DNA of 64,000 bases from Rhodothermales bacterium (GCA_965208025.1 OZ242302.1:3280727-3344726); one strand, 5' to 3'. Numbered from the stretch's first letter, positions 48,050 through 59,445 are shown. The notes: a model not told the origin generated them from the letters alone. Translations and numbers: made by a program.

Positions 48050-48535
48050 CTATTGACGGATCCAACTCACTCGGTCTCCTACTACGATTCCCTTTGTATC
48101 TGCGAAGCCACCGGGGACTTCCAATACATACTGCGCTGGGGCGCTACTTACAATCGAATCATCAGAGAACGGTTTCGCATACTTCGCAATATCTACGATG
48201 ACCGAGTCTCTGGAGATAAACAGGATATCCAAGGACAGCGGCGTGTTGCCCATCCAGAATTGGCGAATTTCTTGTTGACCGAATAAAAATAGCATCCCTG
48301 ATTCTGGGGGGAAAGAGGTTCGTTGCATCATTCCCCGCTCCCGAAGGGAGTCGGTATCCGCAATCTCAATATCAAGCGTTAGGATGGATTCATCCATCCG
48401 CACAAAATCAAGTGTCCCGTCAACTCGAAATGGAATCTCAATTTCCGAAGGAGTCGGATCTGGAGATTCGGTTGAGTTCTGACAAGAAGTTGCCAGAAGG
48501 GTGAGAACGAGAAAAAGGGCGAAGCGATAGTTCAT
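48050..48535 (-). CDS. DUF192 domain-containing protein (secreted/lipoprotein)
   Basis: 'RERGMMQR....SGMLFLF......FWMGNTPLSLDILFI........YVLEVPGG' is the DUF192 pattern. N-terminal signal 'LLATSC'. Confidence 0.8.
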   Translation of the reverse strand: MNYRFALFLVLTLLATSCQNSTESPDPTPSEIEIPFRVDGTLDFVRMDESILTLDIEIADTDSLRERGMMQRTSFPPESGMLFLFGQQEIRQFWMGNTPLSLDILFISRDSVIVDIAKYAKPFSDDSIVSSAPAQYVLEVPGGFADTKGIVVGDRVSWIRQ

Positions 48536-48536
48536 G

Positions 48537-48992
48537 CTACGAATCTGTTTTAGTCCATTGAATAGAGGCAGTGGTATCTATTCCATACCTGTCGCTGAAT
48601 CCTCCACGAACTTCAACGACATATTGAGCCAGATCTGTGGAGCGTATATATTCCCTGGAAAGGGGGGTTGTACGCTTGGCAATGTTGACAATTCCTGAAT
48701 CTGCATCTACAAAAATGATGTCAAGAGGGATGGGGGTATTTGCCATCCAGAAACTCAATGAATCAGGTTCAGGGAACACAAACAACATCCCCTGACTGAG
48801 AGGGAGTTGACGCCGCTCCATTAACCCTTTGGCCCGGGTTTCGTCATTCTCCGCAAACTCAATATCAATCGTGGTGACAATTTCTCCACTACTACTAAGA
48901 AAGTTTAATTTCCCAATGGGGAGTTCATCAGGTTCACCTGAACACCCCATCAGTATCATCAGAGCGCTAATGAGTAGGAAACTACGTATCAT
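48537..48992 (-). CDS. DUF192 domain-containing protein (tandem paralogue)
   Basis: 'RAKGLMERRQLPLSQGMLFVF....FWMANTPIPLDIIFV....YVVEVRGG'. Signal/lipobox 'ILMGCS'. 1-nt spacer to the downstream paralogue. Confidence 0.8.
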   Translation of the reverse strand: MIRSFLLISALMILMGCSGEPDELPIGKLNFLSSSGEIVTTIDIEFAENDETRAKGLMERRQLPLSQGMLFVFPEPDSLSFWMANTPIPLDIIFVDADSGIVNIAKRTTPLSREYIRSTDLAQYVVEVRGGFSDRYGIDTTASIQWTKTDS

Positions 48993-49038
48993 GGACTAGA
49001 AGGCTATCTCGTTTTCAACCAGATGATGAATTGCTGGT

Positions 49039-50223
49039 TCAGTCAGGCCATAACTGTGCAATGATACGGTCACAAACCTGCATCCCCCCCGTGGTGAGAC
49101 ATATCTGGTTCCCAGTCTGATTGATTAGGCCGTTTGATTGCAGAGTTGCAATTTCTTCGTACTTCTCTTTGGATAAATTGAAGCCATATCTCGTCTTTAC
49201 TTCTTCCATGTTCAGTCCATCGGATGTGCGGAGTGCCAGCATGATTTTTTCGCGGATTAAATCCGATTCTGAGAGCGTTTTCTCATGAATCTTGGCGGAT
49301 TGGCCAGATGTGAGCAATTCACAATAGGTACGAAGATTGCGGATATTCTCCCATCGTATGGTCTTGCCATCCTGCCACCAGAATGAATGTGCACTGGGAC
49401 CTATCCCAATGTAGTTCACATGATTCCAGTATCGGGTATTATGTTTGGCGCGATGTCCAGCACGGGCAAAATTTGAAATTTCGTAGTGTTCAAAGCCGTA
49501 GGAATTCAAGCATTTAATTGCCATAAGGAATTGATCTGCTGTTTCTTCATCCGATACAGGTTGGACGATACCTCTCTTGACTTGGTTCTGCAGGGGGGTG
49601 TTTGGTTCAATTGTTAAGCCATAGGTGGAGATATGTGGAACACCAGTTGCAGCAGCATGATGTAAATTCTGTTCCCAACCATGTAAAGAACTTTCTGGCA
49701 AACCAAAAATCAGGTCCAGAGACCAACTCACAAATCCGGAGGAACGAATCAAGTGGCATGCTTGAATTGCTTGATCTGAGGTATGGCTACGATTCATGAA
49801 TTGTAGATCCTCATCACAAAAAGACTGTACTCCGAGGCTAATTCGAGTGATCCCTATTTCTAACATTTGATCTATTCCCTCCGTTGTAATGTCCTCGGGA
49901 TTTGCTTCCAGAGTCATTTCTTGGACTTGAGATGTCTGAAAGCTTGAATGAATCTGAACTATAATTTGATGGATTAGCTTGGGATCCAGACGTGAGGGAG
50001 TGCCCCCACCAAAGTAGATTGAACGTAAAGACGTATTGGGAAAATGGTGAGCTACTTCAATAATTTCCCTACAAAGCGCGTCTACAAACTGATTTTGAAT
50101 GCTCTGGTTGGTGACGAAGTAAAAGTCACAGTACGAGCAACGCTGAGTACAGAATGGAATATGAATATACAGAGAGGCCTTTGGTTGAGAACGATCCATA
50201 CCGTCAACTGAATTTGTAGTCAC
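49039..50223 (-). CDS. hemW: Radical SAM heme chaperone HemW (HemN-like, coproporphyrinogen oxidase family)
   Basis: 'LYIHIPFCTQRCSYCDFY' (CxxxCxxC), 'FGGGTPS', length ~390 aa, HemN_C-like tail. Confidence 0.85.
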   Translation of the reverse strand: MTTNSVDGMDRSQPKASLYIHIPFCTQRCSYCDFYFVTNQSIQNQFVDALCREIIEVAHHFPNTSLRSIYFGGGTPSRLDPKLIHQIIVQIHSSFQTSQVQEMTLEANPEDITTEGIDQMLEIGITRISLGVQSFCDEDLQFMNRSHTSDQAIQACHLIRSSGFVSWSLDLIFGLPESSLHGWEQNLHHAAATGVPHISTYGLTIEPNTPLQNQVKRGIVQPVSDEETADQFLMAIKCLNSYGFEHYEISNFARAGHRAKHNTRYWNHVNYIGIGPSAHSFWWQDGKTIRWENIRNLRTYCELLTSGQSAKIHEKTLSESDLIREKIMLALRTSDGLNMEEVKTRYGFNLSKEKYEEIATLQSNGLINQTGNQICLTTGGMQVCDRIIAQLWPD

Positions 50224-50405
50224 AATAGATCAGGATTCCTTATAGTCGTGGGTAAATACATCCTTGGATTCACCTATACAAAATATAGCTTACGAGACAG
50301 GAGTCTGGCAATGCCACGGATCATGATGGCTTCGCGTTGAGAAAACCTGAGCAAAACACGAACGAACTCTATACTTCGCTCTGCTCAGTGATGCTGACAC
50401 TGAAG

Positions 50406-50918
50406 CTATAGAATTACACCAAAACGGAGTGGAAGCTGAACTTCAACAGCAGACTGAGCGATGATTAGAGCAGGAGTAACTTCCAAATATAATGATGTGG
50501 CTTGAAGGGAGAAAACCCATCCAGTGCCAGCGTGCAAGGAGGGTCCAGAGTCGTTGGACATTGCTTCACCACCAAGGGGGATATTTCCACCTATCCCAAA
50601 AATGAGGTACGGAGAACGTAGATTGGACGCATCCAATGTAATAATTGCGGATGCAGTCGGATGAAGAAAGTAAGCAGCTTCCTCACGTCCTTGAAGAATA
50701 TAATTGTTGAAATTAATACTGGTGGCGAACGAGAGGTCTGCGTTAATCACCCATGCAAAGCGGGTATCAATCCCAATCCCCAAGGTCTCATCCGTTGTGC
50801 CTGGGACTAAACTTAATCCGAACCCTAACCTCGGTTGAATAGACTGTCCGTAGAGATTGGGGACACAGATCAGCAGAAAAAGCAACAAGACAAGGGGTTT
50901 ACCAGAACTCAATCGCAT
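50406..50918 (-). CDS. Hypothetical small outer-membrane beta-barrel protein
   Basis: Signal peptide 'LLFLLICVPNLYGQS', then alternating hydrophobic beta-strand-like segments rich in Gly/aromatic residues. No specific family was recognised. Confidence 0.35.
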   Translation of the reverse strand: MRLSSGKPLVLLLFLLICVPNLYGQSIQPRLGFGLSLVPGTTDETLGIGIDTRFAWVINADLSFATSINFNNYILQGREEAAYFLHPTASAIITLDASNLRSPYLIFGIGGNIPLGGEAMSNDSGPSLHAGTGWVFSLQATSLYLEVTPALIIAQSAVEVQLPLRFGVIL

Positions 50919-51129
50919 TTTAGCAGTGAAAGCCTAATCTTGGTTAAACCCCAGCCTCCGTCCGATGTTGCGAATTAACTACCATAAGTTAAGATGATAG
51001 CGAATTGATTGAGTCTCGCACTACCTTCTTTAATTGGGGAGGAACTAAAAATTTGAATTCATGACCTATTCCATTCTAAACTCCAGTGGCTGAACACTTT
51101 ACAATTGAACCATAGAGATTGCTGATTTA

Positions 51130-52968
51130 ATGATGGGATCGTACGATGAAAATCAAACAGAATCCGTTAATGGTGGATCTATCACGATCACCGAGAACAA
51201 ACTACTGGATATTCTTAAGAAGAATGCTCCAGAGGCATTCACCGAGGATAAGATTGATTGGGAAAAATTTCGAGCTACCTTAGGTGGTAACGTTGAATTC
51301 AGTGAGGAACGCTACCATCTAAATTGGGCTGGCAAAGCCAATGTATTTCGTATGCTTCAAAGGCCTACCAATGCTACTCTTAGACCATGTCGAGAAGAAT
51401 CAATCAAATTTGACACTAGTAGCAATTTATTTATTGAGGGCGAGAATTTGGAAGTGCTTAAAATTCTCCAGAAGCCATATTTCGGTAAAGTCAAGATGAT
51501 CTATATTGATCCGCCCTATAACACTGGGAACGACCAATTTATTTATCCAGACAGCTTTGCTGAGAATAAAAATGCTTATCTAAAACACATCGGTAAAAAG
51601 GATGAACAAGGACATAGTATCCGAGAGGGGATATTCCAAAAAAACAATCGGGAGAATGGCCATTTTCACTCCAATTGGCTCAGCATGATATACCCACGAC
51701 TTTACATGGCCAGAAATCTCCTGCGAGATGATGGAGTGATTTTTGTCTCCATTGACGACAATGAAGTTCATAATTTGCGTCTTGTGATGAATGAAATTTT
51801 TGGGGAGGATAATTTTATCGCATGCTTCGCTTGGAGGAGAACAGACAATCAGTCAAATATTGGAAATGTAGCCAGAATCAAGGAATATATTTTGTGCTAT
51901 GCCAAAGTTGGTTCTTCTCTTCGTTTGAACAAAATGAAATTATCTGAGAGAGCACGGAAAGAGTATAGATATTCTGATGATAAAGGCAAATATAGAAGAT
52001 CAATTCTCCATCATAAAACAAGAGGTCGGTTCCACTATCAAGTCGTTGCCCCAAATGGAAATACAGTAAATGGTCCATGGATGGTTGACGAATCCGAATT
52101 CAAAAAACTCTTAAATAATGATGGGATCCATTGGGCAGGGAAAGGACATCAACACCCTTATGGGAAAATCTATCTTAAAGAGTCTAAGGGTCAAATTACG
52201 AGCGACTTTTTAGGCCTTGAGTTTGGATCTAATCAGCAAGGAAGTATTGAATTGGAGAGGTTATTTGGTGCAAGATATTTCGATTTTCCAAAACCGGTAA
52301 GTTTGGTCAAACATTTTATAACTATTGGAACGAATGACGATGATATAGTGATGGATTTCTTTGCTGGGTCATGCACCACTGCCCATGCAGTCCTTCAACT
52401 CAACTCTGAGGAAAAGGCTAATCGTAGATTTATTTGTATCCAAATGCCAGAATTATGTGACGGTGGATCCAGAGCTGGAAAAGAAGCCCTGAAAGCATGC
52501 TTCAATACTATTGCTGATATAGGGAAAGAACGTATTCGTAAGGTTCTAATTAATTCTGATCTTCGAGACGGGTTCAAAGTTTTCACACTTCAAAAATCCA
52601 ACTTCAAAACATGGCGAGGTGAGGATATACGCACGCAACAAGATCTTGAAAAACAACTTGAAATCCATATCACGCCACTTATTGAAAATGCGGATACTGA
52701 GCATGTCCTCTATGAGTTATTACTCAAATCGGGCTTGCCTTTGACTTCCAAAATTGAAGACAGGGGCAAGTGGTTTAAGGCCGAGTATCTTAACACTCTC
52801 ATTGCTTTTGCTTTGAACGACATTGATGAGGTTATAGTTAATGAGGTCGTTGCAGAAAGCCCACAAAAATTTATTGCTCTGGATCATTTATTCCAGAATA
52901 ATGATCAACTCAAAACCAATACTTCCTTGCGGATGGAAGATTCTGGAATAGAGTTTGAGACAGTTTGA
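51130..52968 (+). CDS. mod: Type III restriction-modification methyltransferase (Mod, beta-class N6A/N4C MTase)
   Basis: Motif IV 'IYIDPPYNTGND' precedes motif I 'DFFAGSCTTAHA'. The N-terminal 'YHLNWAGK' and 'LFIEGENLEVLK' are typical of Mod. It lies directly upstream of res. Confidence 0.9.
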   Translation: MMGSYDENQTESVNGGSITITENKLLDILKKNAPEAFTEDKIDWEKFRATLGGNVEFSEERYHLNWAGKANVFRMLQRPTNATLRPCREESIKFDTSSNLFIEGENLEVLKILQKPYFGKVKMIYIDPPYNTGNDQFIYPDSFAENKNAYLKHIGKKDEQGHSIREGIFQKNNRENGHFHSNWLSMIYPRLYMARNLLRDDGVIFVSIDDNEVHNLRLVMNEIFGEDNFIACFAWRRTDNQSNIGNVARIKEYILCYAKVGSSLRLNKMKLSERARKEYRYSDDKGKYRRSILHHKTRGRFHYQVVAPNGNTVNGPWMVDESEFKKLLNNDGIHWAGKGHQHPYGKIYLKESKGQITSDFLGLEFGSNQQGSIELERLFGARYFDFPKPVSLVKHFITIGTNDDDIVMDFFAGSCTTAHAVLQLNSEEKANRRFICIQMPELCDGGSRAGKEALKACFNTIADIGKERIRKVLINSDLRDGFKVFTLQKSNFKTWRGEDIRTQQDLEKQLEIHITPLIENADTEHVLYELLLKSGLPLTSKIEDRGKWFKAEYLNTLIAFALNDIDEVIVNEVVAESPQKFIALDHLFQNNDQLKTNTSLRMEDSGIEFETV

Positions 52969-53021
52969 TCAGATCAATGACGCTCTTTATGAGCTCTTGT
53001 TTTCCTTGAACCAGACGACTA

Positions 53022-55702
53022 ATGGTATGTCTTCATTTTGATTCAAACCAACAATACCAACTGGATGCAATCCATGCGGTCTTGCGTATTTTTAAGGGGC
53101 AGCCTGTGAAGAGCAGCAATACATTTTCTTCACACAATGCTGGGGAGTTAATAGCTGAAACAGGCTTTGCCAATCGTTTGTATATCAATGAAAAACAAAT
53201 CCTTCGGAATGTTCAGGACATTCAAAAAGAAGCACACGAAAACAAGAGACAGGTCAGAAGAAAATATGAAAAATGGGCAGTTTCCGAGTATCTTGACGGA
53301 ATGCACTTCTCTGTGGAGATGGAAACTGGCACAGGAAAAACGTATGTTTATTTACGCACGATCTATGAATTGAACTTCAATTATGGCTTCCGAAAGTTTG
53401 TCATTGTCGTTCCTTCAATCGCAATTCGGGAGGGGGTTCTGAAAAATCTGACAATTACCAGTTCTCACTTGCAAAACTTGTATAACCGTCCGCCGACCCA
53501 TTATCAAGTCTACGATTCCAGTAGGGTTGCTAACCTGAGGTCATTTGCTCTAAGCGATGCAATTGAAATTCTAGTCATCAACATAGATTCGTTTGCGAAA
53601 GACAAAAACATAATCAACCGCCCCAATGATAAATTAATGGGGAATAAGCCCATTGATTTTATCAAACGTGCAAACCCAATAGTTATTCTGGACGAGCCGC
53701 AGAATATGGAAACAGATATTCGCAGAAATGCCATCCAGAATTTGAACTATCTCTGTACTTTGCGCTACTCGGCTACTCATACCAAGAGATATAATTTGAT
53801 TTATAGCCTTGATCCCGTTCAGGCTTATGATCTGAACTTAGTAAAACAAATCGAAGTCAGTTCCGTTGTCTCTAAGAATGATTTTAACGCTGGGTATGTG
53901 CGATTGAAGAAAATCAACACTGCACGTTCCTTATCGGCCTCTATTGAAATAGATTGTAACACGCGGAACGGTGTGAAAAGGCAATCAATTACTGTACGTG
54001 TTGGGGATGACTTATTCGCTGCTTCAGGGAAAAGAGAGGTATACAGAAACAACTATATTGTGAATGAAATTAATGCGGAAAAAGGTAGTATCGTATTGTC
54101 TGGGGGCAGGCAATTATCAGTTGGTGAAAGGATTGGCGGACTGAATGACGATATAATGCGAGCTCAGATCTATGAGACTGTTTCCGAGCATTTTAGCAAG
54201 GAGAAGCGGTTAAACGGGATAAAAGTAATTTCCCTATTTTTTATCGACCGAGTGGCAAATTATCGTACCTACGATGTGGAGGGTAATCCTGTCAAGGGAA
54301 AATTTGTAGAGTATTTTGAGGAAGCATTCAACCATTATTCAAATATGGAGGAATATAGGGGAGTGATTCCGTTTGAGGTGGAAGAAGTCCACGACGGATA
54401 TTTTTCTCAAGACAGAAACAGGTGGAAAGATACCAGAGGCAACACCCGTGCAGACAATAAGACATATGAGTTGATCATGCGAGAAAAGGAGCGCTTACTG
54501 GACACGCACGAACCTTTACGCTTCATTTTCAGTCACTCTACGCTTCGAGAGGGTTGGGACAATCCGAATGTATTTCAAATATGTACACTGAATGAAACAC
54601 ACTCTGAGTTAAAGAAACGCCAAGAGATAGGTAGAGGGATGCGATTGGCAGTGGGCAGTGACGGCAAGCGTATATGGGATAGAAATGTGAACCTGTTAAC
54701 AGTAATTGCAAATGAGAGCTACGAAGATTTTGCTCGCCAGTTGCAGAATGAAATTGAGGATGAATGTGGGGTCATGTTTGAAAACCGGACAAAAAATAAA
54801 CGAGAAAGAGTGAGCATACGATACCGTAAGGGATTTCAGTTGGATGAAAATTTCAAGGCGTTATGGGACAGGATTAAATTTAAAACTGTCTATCGCGTTG
54901 AGTACGATACGGATGAATTAATTAGCCGTGCGATAGAGTCGGTGAAAAATATGGATGTTGTAACAAAGCCAATGCTCCAGATTGAGAAAGGGGCATTGGA
55001 TTTGACAGATGAAGGGGTCAAACATCAGGTGAAAAAAACTTATAAATCCCCCAGAGAGAGAGATGATTTTTTTATTCCAGATATTCTATCCTACATTCAG
55101 GATCATTCTCATACCAGACTCACACGTTCTACGATTTATCAAATACTGTCGGGTTCTGGGAGAATAGGCGAAATTCTGATTAATCCTCAATTATTTGGAG
55201 ATATGGTTGTTGACGCAATCCGTAATGCACTGACAGACCTGATGGTTAGAGGAATCAAATATGAAAAAATCTTGAAGAAGAATTTGAACTGAAATTATTT
55301 AAAGAGTATGAGTTTCACAGCAACGAACATACCTTTAGGATTAACAACCCGGACAAAACTATTAATTCCAGTCTGATTCCACTTGATTCTGGCGTAGAGA
55401 GCCAGTTCGCTCGGGACTGCGAAAGTAGGGAAGATATTGAATTCTATATCAAGCTTCCCCACTGGTTCAAAATTAAGACACCCATCGGTAACTATAATCC
55501 AGATTGGGCTCTCATTAAAAAGGAGGAGAAGGTTGTATATTTCATTGCCGAGACCAAGTCACAGGGACAAGAATTAAAGGTGAGCGAAAGATTCAAGATA
55601 GCATGTGGAGAAGCAAATTGTAATGCACTGGAGAATGTTGATTTTCGGCATGTCTCATCTGTTAGTGATTTAGATGAGTCAGGTAGCTTTCGCCACAAAT
55701 AG
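53022..55702 (+). pseudogene. res: Type III restriction enzyme Res subunit (SF2 helicase + C-terminal PD-(D/E)xK nuclease), interrupted by a -1 frameshift in an A6 tract
   Basis: Helicase motifs 'METGTGKTYVY' and 'VILDEPQNM'. The frame-0 ORF stops at 55292. The nuclease-domain sequence 'PLDSGVESQFARDCE...NYNPDWALI...VYFIAETK' continues in another frame from 55265 to 55702. One extra A in the A6 run at 55264-55269 would give a single ~893-aa ORF. Confidence 0.85.
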
Positions 55703-55983
55703 AAGTATCCCCGATGGGGTGCAAATCAATCTTGACTGGCATGCTGAAATATTCACGAAACTCCCGAACCCCGAATCAAACAGGACTTGCTGTCCTGCTG
55801 CGAGAGATGAGCCCGCGATACCCAATGGTACTCTGGCAATGCATCAACTTGCAGTAGTCACTGAGACGTAGTACATGTGATCACATTTCCTCCCCAACTT
55901 TTCAGAGAATTGCAAACCGTCGAAGTCAGGAATTCATCCGACTCGTCCTCTCATGACTGATGCGTGTTCTGGTTAGTCTGGTT

Positions 55984-56879
55984 CTAAGCCCAATACCCGC
56001 CTCCACATCTCAAAGGCAAGCCACCAATCCACTTGAGTGCAGTGATGTGTGTCGCCCTTGGCAAACGATCTGCCATAGATTGCAACTTCTTCTGATCATA
56101 GGCATGGTAGCTGCGCACCGAGTAACTCCTTAAAGAATCCAATATGGATTTTTTCATATGAAGGATATATTCAAGAGGGCGGGGATCATGATAAGATCGT
56201 CCAATGTATTTCTTCATTGTCGCATAGCCAACTGAACTAACCTGAATTTCCATTGAAAAAAATGGCTGTGACTTTTCACATGAACTGATTTTTCAGAATT
56301 TTGTTATCAAGCCAAGGAATCGGTTGCTCTGTTTTATGATAGTTGGCGCCCATGAGTAACGGGTTGTGGGAACGACGGGGATACTTGACGATGATCTCAT
56401 CCTTGGTCAATCGGATCGTTGCACGTTTGGGAACTAGGTATTCATAGAGGGTACGATTTTCAGCTACGCTCCACTGCTCATTCGCTCGGAGTCCAAGGAT
56501 TCGGTAGAGCAGACTGGCGATCACCGTGAGTTGAACGTCCACATGAATATTCATCGGAATAGCCGCGCTGAGGGCATCCATATGAAAGAAGTCAATCGTA
56601 TCGCTGATGACATTCTCAATGACCATCCGCCGTGCATAGCGATCAATCAAATGGGAAGCGGACCGTTCCATTTGATTGGTGATCAAGAGAATCATGCGGT
56701 CGTGTCCAAGTCCTTGAATGGCAATTTACCGGGATACCCTTTCAGCTTCACGGTCTGCTCCAGGACACTTGGGGTCCGATATTTACGTCCTATATTGGTC
56801 AGCTTGATAGAACGCCATTGGCTTTGGGGAGAGTCTGGATCTCATCCATGACCGATTTGTGACGGCGGCGCAAGGTAAT
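55984..56879 (-). pseudogene. C-terminal portion of the IS4-like transposase (multiple frameshifts)
   Basis: Coding-like signal hops between frames: 'ITLRRRHKSVMDEIQTLP', then 'SQWRSIKLTNIGRKYRTPSVLEQTVKLKGY', then 'GHDRMILLITNQ...YARRMVIEN', then an 89-aa tail ORF. There is a 1-nt deletion relative to copy 2 at ~56056. Confidence 0.55.
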
Positions 56880-56908
56880 TGTTCAACGACAATACAAATT
56901 ACGGTCGA

Positions 56909-56928
56909 CGACAAAACTTTTTACGGTT
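56909..56928. repeat. IS21 subterminal repeat (left), inverted copy of 59452-59471
   Basis: 'cgacaaaactttttacggtt' is the exact reverse complement of 'aaccgtaaaaagttttgtcg'. Confidence 0.85.
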
Positions 56929-57118
56929 CAAGAAATCCAAAGTTTAACCATGGAGGAGCACATTTCATTGAGGCGGAGCAGCGAGCTGCGACGCCTCAAT
57001 GAAGATGGTAATTTCCACGATTTGGTCCATGTCTGATCTCTCTGTTGGCCTGCTGGACACGGACAACAGCAGGCAGATTCACTTTTAATTGTGTTCCAAG
57101 GGTTCATGTGTTGATTGG

Positions 57119-57916
57119 TTAGGAAGTGGGAGATTCAGGTCCTTCGCTCGCGTTTTCTTGTCGCCGTTGGGCTACTTCTAACCGATAACTCGGCAGATGA
57201 AGCTCTAAGACCACACAATGATGCACCAATCGGTCCACGGCGGCGGTTGCGTGCATTGGATCATAAAAGATGCTCTCCCATTGCGAGAAGGGCAGGTGGC
57301 TGGTCAGGAGCACGCTCTTGCGCTCATAGCACGCAGCCAAAAACTGGAACAGGGCTTCCATCTCTTCCCGACTATGCTTCACATAACCCAGTCCATCAAT
57401 GAGAATCCCATCAAAGCGTAGCAACTGCTGAATGAAGGGTTGGAGTCCTTGCTCCTGTTTTGCACGAAGTAACGCGTCAACCAGCGCATCCGAGGGGTAA
57501 AAGATCAATCGCCGTCCCAGATAAATCAATTCTTGCCCCAGTGCGCACATCAGATGCGTCTTTCCGCTCCCCGTAGGGCCCAGCACCAGCACATTCTCGT
57601 TCCGATCCAGAAAGCCACCTTCCAGTAGCCTGCGCAACTGATGATCCAGCTTCAACGGTAACCGCGTTCGCTCAAACGAAGCCAACGTTTTGGATAAGGG
57701 CAGCTGAGAAGCCCGTAGAGCGCGCTGAATACGGTTGTGAGTACGTGATTGCTGTTCCTGCTCAATCAACGTCAGCAAAAAGTGCTCAAAACTCATAGAT
57801 TCACGACGGGCAAGGTCTGCCGCTTCATGGAGCGCCATGCGAATGCCCGGCATCCGTAACGACCGGAGTCCACGTTCAATCCCTCGCTCCAAGTCCTTTG
57901 AGGATTTGTTGTTCAT
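57119..57916 (-). CDS. istB: IS21 helper ATPase IstB
   Basis: Walker A 'GPTGSGKTHL', Walker B-like 'ILIDGLGY', IstB N-terminal 'SFEHFLLTLIEQE'. The start is placed at the Met at 57916, overlapping the istA stop. Confidence 0.9.
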   Translation of the reverse strand: MNNKSSKDLERGIERGLRSLRMPGIRMALHEAADLARRESMSFEHFLLTLIEQEQQSRTHNRIQRALRASQLPLSKTLASFERTRLPLKLDHQLRRLLEGGFLDRNENVLVLGPTGSGKTHLMCALGQELIYLGRRLIFYPSDALVDALLRAKQEQGLQPFIQQLLRFDGILIDGLGYVKHSREEMEALFQFLAACYERKSVLLTSHLPFSQWESIFYDPMHATAAVDRLVHHCVVLELHLPSYRLEVAQRRQENASEGPESPTS

Positions 57917-59445
57917 CTCAAACCCTCCGTCAAAAGCCCATCGTAACAACCCAGATCCACGGTCGCTTCCGCACCTGGCGCCTGGAGATATGCTTCCACC
58001 GCTACAACCGTAATCGGATGCTGATCTGCAAGCAAATGTGCTAAGGCCGCCTCAACCCCTGATTCACTCTCAGTTGCCGCCAGAAACAAGAGCTTCAAAT
58101 ACACCTTGTCCGATTGAGGACTGCCCAGATTGGACGCTTGGAGACAGTCATACGCCCTACGGAAGGTCTGTGTGGGAAAAAGGTCTGCGCGGTAGCGATA
58201 CCCTGCAAATGCACCCGGCTTTCGGATTAGACTCCGAATCACATGGCGGTAATGAATGGAATGCGCTCCCTCTCCACAGAGACGCGGCATCTGCTCTTGA
58301 AGTCTATGCCGAGACCATACCTCGATTCGCTGAGCATACAAGCGAACCTCCACCCATTGTCCAATCAGCGTACTGGGAACCGAATAGTGATTCTTCTTCA
58401 CCAGAATCGTGCTCCCCTTACTGACACGAACCCGCCGTCGTTCACAGGAATCCAGAGGACGGAGCGGTAATGCCTTGAAGAACGCTCGTTCCTCATTCAG
58501 TTTCGATTGCCGGTGCGCATTCAAGCGGGAGGTGAGTTTTCCCAAAAATCGCTCGTAGGCATCTAAACTCTCAAAGTCACGGTCTCCGCGGAGCGTGAGC
58601 GCACTCTGCACCGCATTCTTGAGGCGGTGATGGCTTTGTTCTACCTTCCCATTCTCGTGTGGACACCGGGGGTGCGTTCGACGAGGTTCTACCCCGTAGT
58701 GTACCATCAATGCCGTGTAGGATCCCGTAAATTCCTCCGAATCACCTCCTCCCCCGTTCTTGACCGCACAACTCATGGAATCCGTTTGATGCGTCTGTGG
58801 GACTCCACCAAGTTCCGTCACCGCCTTTTCAAATCCTGCCGCCAATGCCACAAAACTCTCGGACTCGCACACCATGACGGACTCCCAATTGGAGTACGTC
58901 AACACAAAATGGTACAACAAATGCCGGAATCGGACCCCACCAATCGTAATCTCCAACGAATTCATGTACGTAAAGTCCGATTGGGCACATTCCCCAGGGG
59001 AATACTCCTGCGCAAAGAACACTTCCTTCGGACGGTGCGCTTTCCATCCCTGTACCCGACGTTGAAACGTTCGCAGTTGCTTCGGCGAAAATTGATTTGG
59101 ATACGTATCCATCAAGTATTCAAACAACGCTTTCGCTTCTAAGGTCGGATCCACCTCCAAAAACCCTACACATTCCTTCCATACCCCCGCAAATACATCC
59201 ACGCGTCGACTTGGCACAGGGGGCTTTTTCAGTTCGCTCGGGAACTTCCCCGAACGAAGGTACTTGCGTGCAGTCGACTCACTCATTGCCGCCTTCGCGG
59301 CGGCGGCTTTAACGGTCATCTTATTCTTGTGTCTAAATTGAAAAACATTTTCTACCTGTTGGTCTGTAATCATTTGCTTGAATCTGTGAATGAAATTCAC
59401 TGATTCGCGCAAACTATCTTTAGGATGATCCCAAGATTTAATCAC
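57913..59445 (-). CDS. istA: IS21 transposase IstA
   Basis: N-terminal HTH 'MTVKAAAAKAAMSESTARKYL', DDE core contexts 'AQSDFTY' and 'HQTDSMS', 'PHENGKVE'. The true start may be the internal Met at 59373. Confidence 0.9.
   Translation of the reverse strand: MIKSWDHPKDSLRESVNFIHRFKQMITDQQVENVFQFRHKNKMTVKAAAAKAAMSESTARKYLRSGKFPSELKKPPVPSRRVDVFAGVWKECVGFLEVDPTLEAKALFEYLMDTYPNQFSPKQLRTFQRRVQGWKAHRPKEVFFAQEYSPGECAQSDFTYMNSLEITIGGVRFRHLLYHFVLTYSNWESVMVCESESFVALAAGFEKAVTELGGVPQTHQTDSMSCAVKNGGGGDSEEFTGSYTALMVHYGVEPRRTHPRCPHENGKVEQSHHRLKNAVQSALTLRGDRDFESLDAYERFLGKLTSRLNAHRQSKLNEERAFFKALPLRPLDSCERRRVRVSKGSTILVKKNHYSVPSTLIGQWVEVRLYAQRIEVWSRHRLQEQMPRLCGEGAHSIHYRHVIRSLIRKPGAFAGYRYRADLFPTQTFRRAYDCLQASNLGSPQSDKVYLKLLFLAATESESGVEAALAHLLADQHPITVVAVEAYLQAPGAEATVDLGCYDGLLTEGLR

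Noticed and set aside
55703-55930. The 228-nt stretch between the res end and the IS4-like end, including the 65-aa ORF at 55674-55871. It was considered as a possible displaced 3' fragment (DUF1524/HNH half) of the DUF262 gene.
   Set aside because: Translation of both strands showed no HNH/DUF1524-like motifs or any convincing coding signal.
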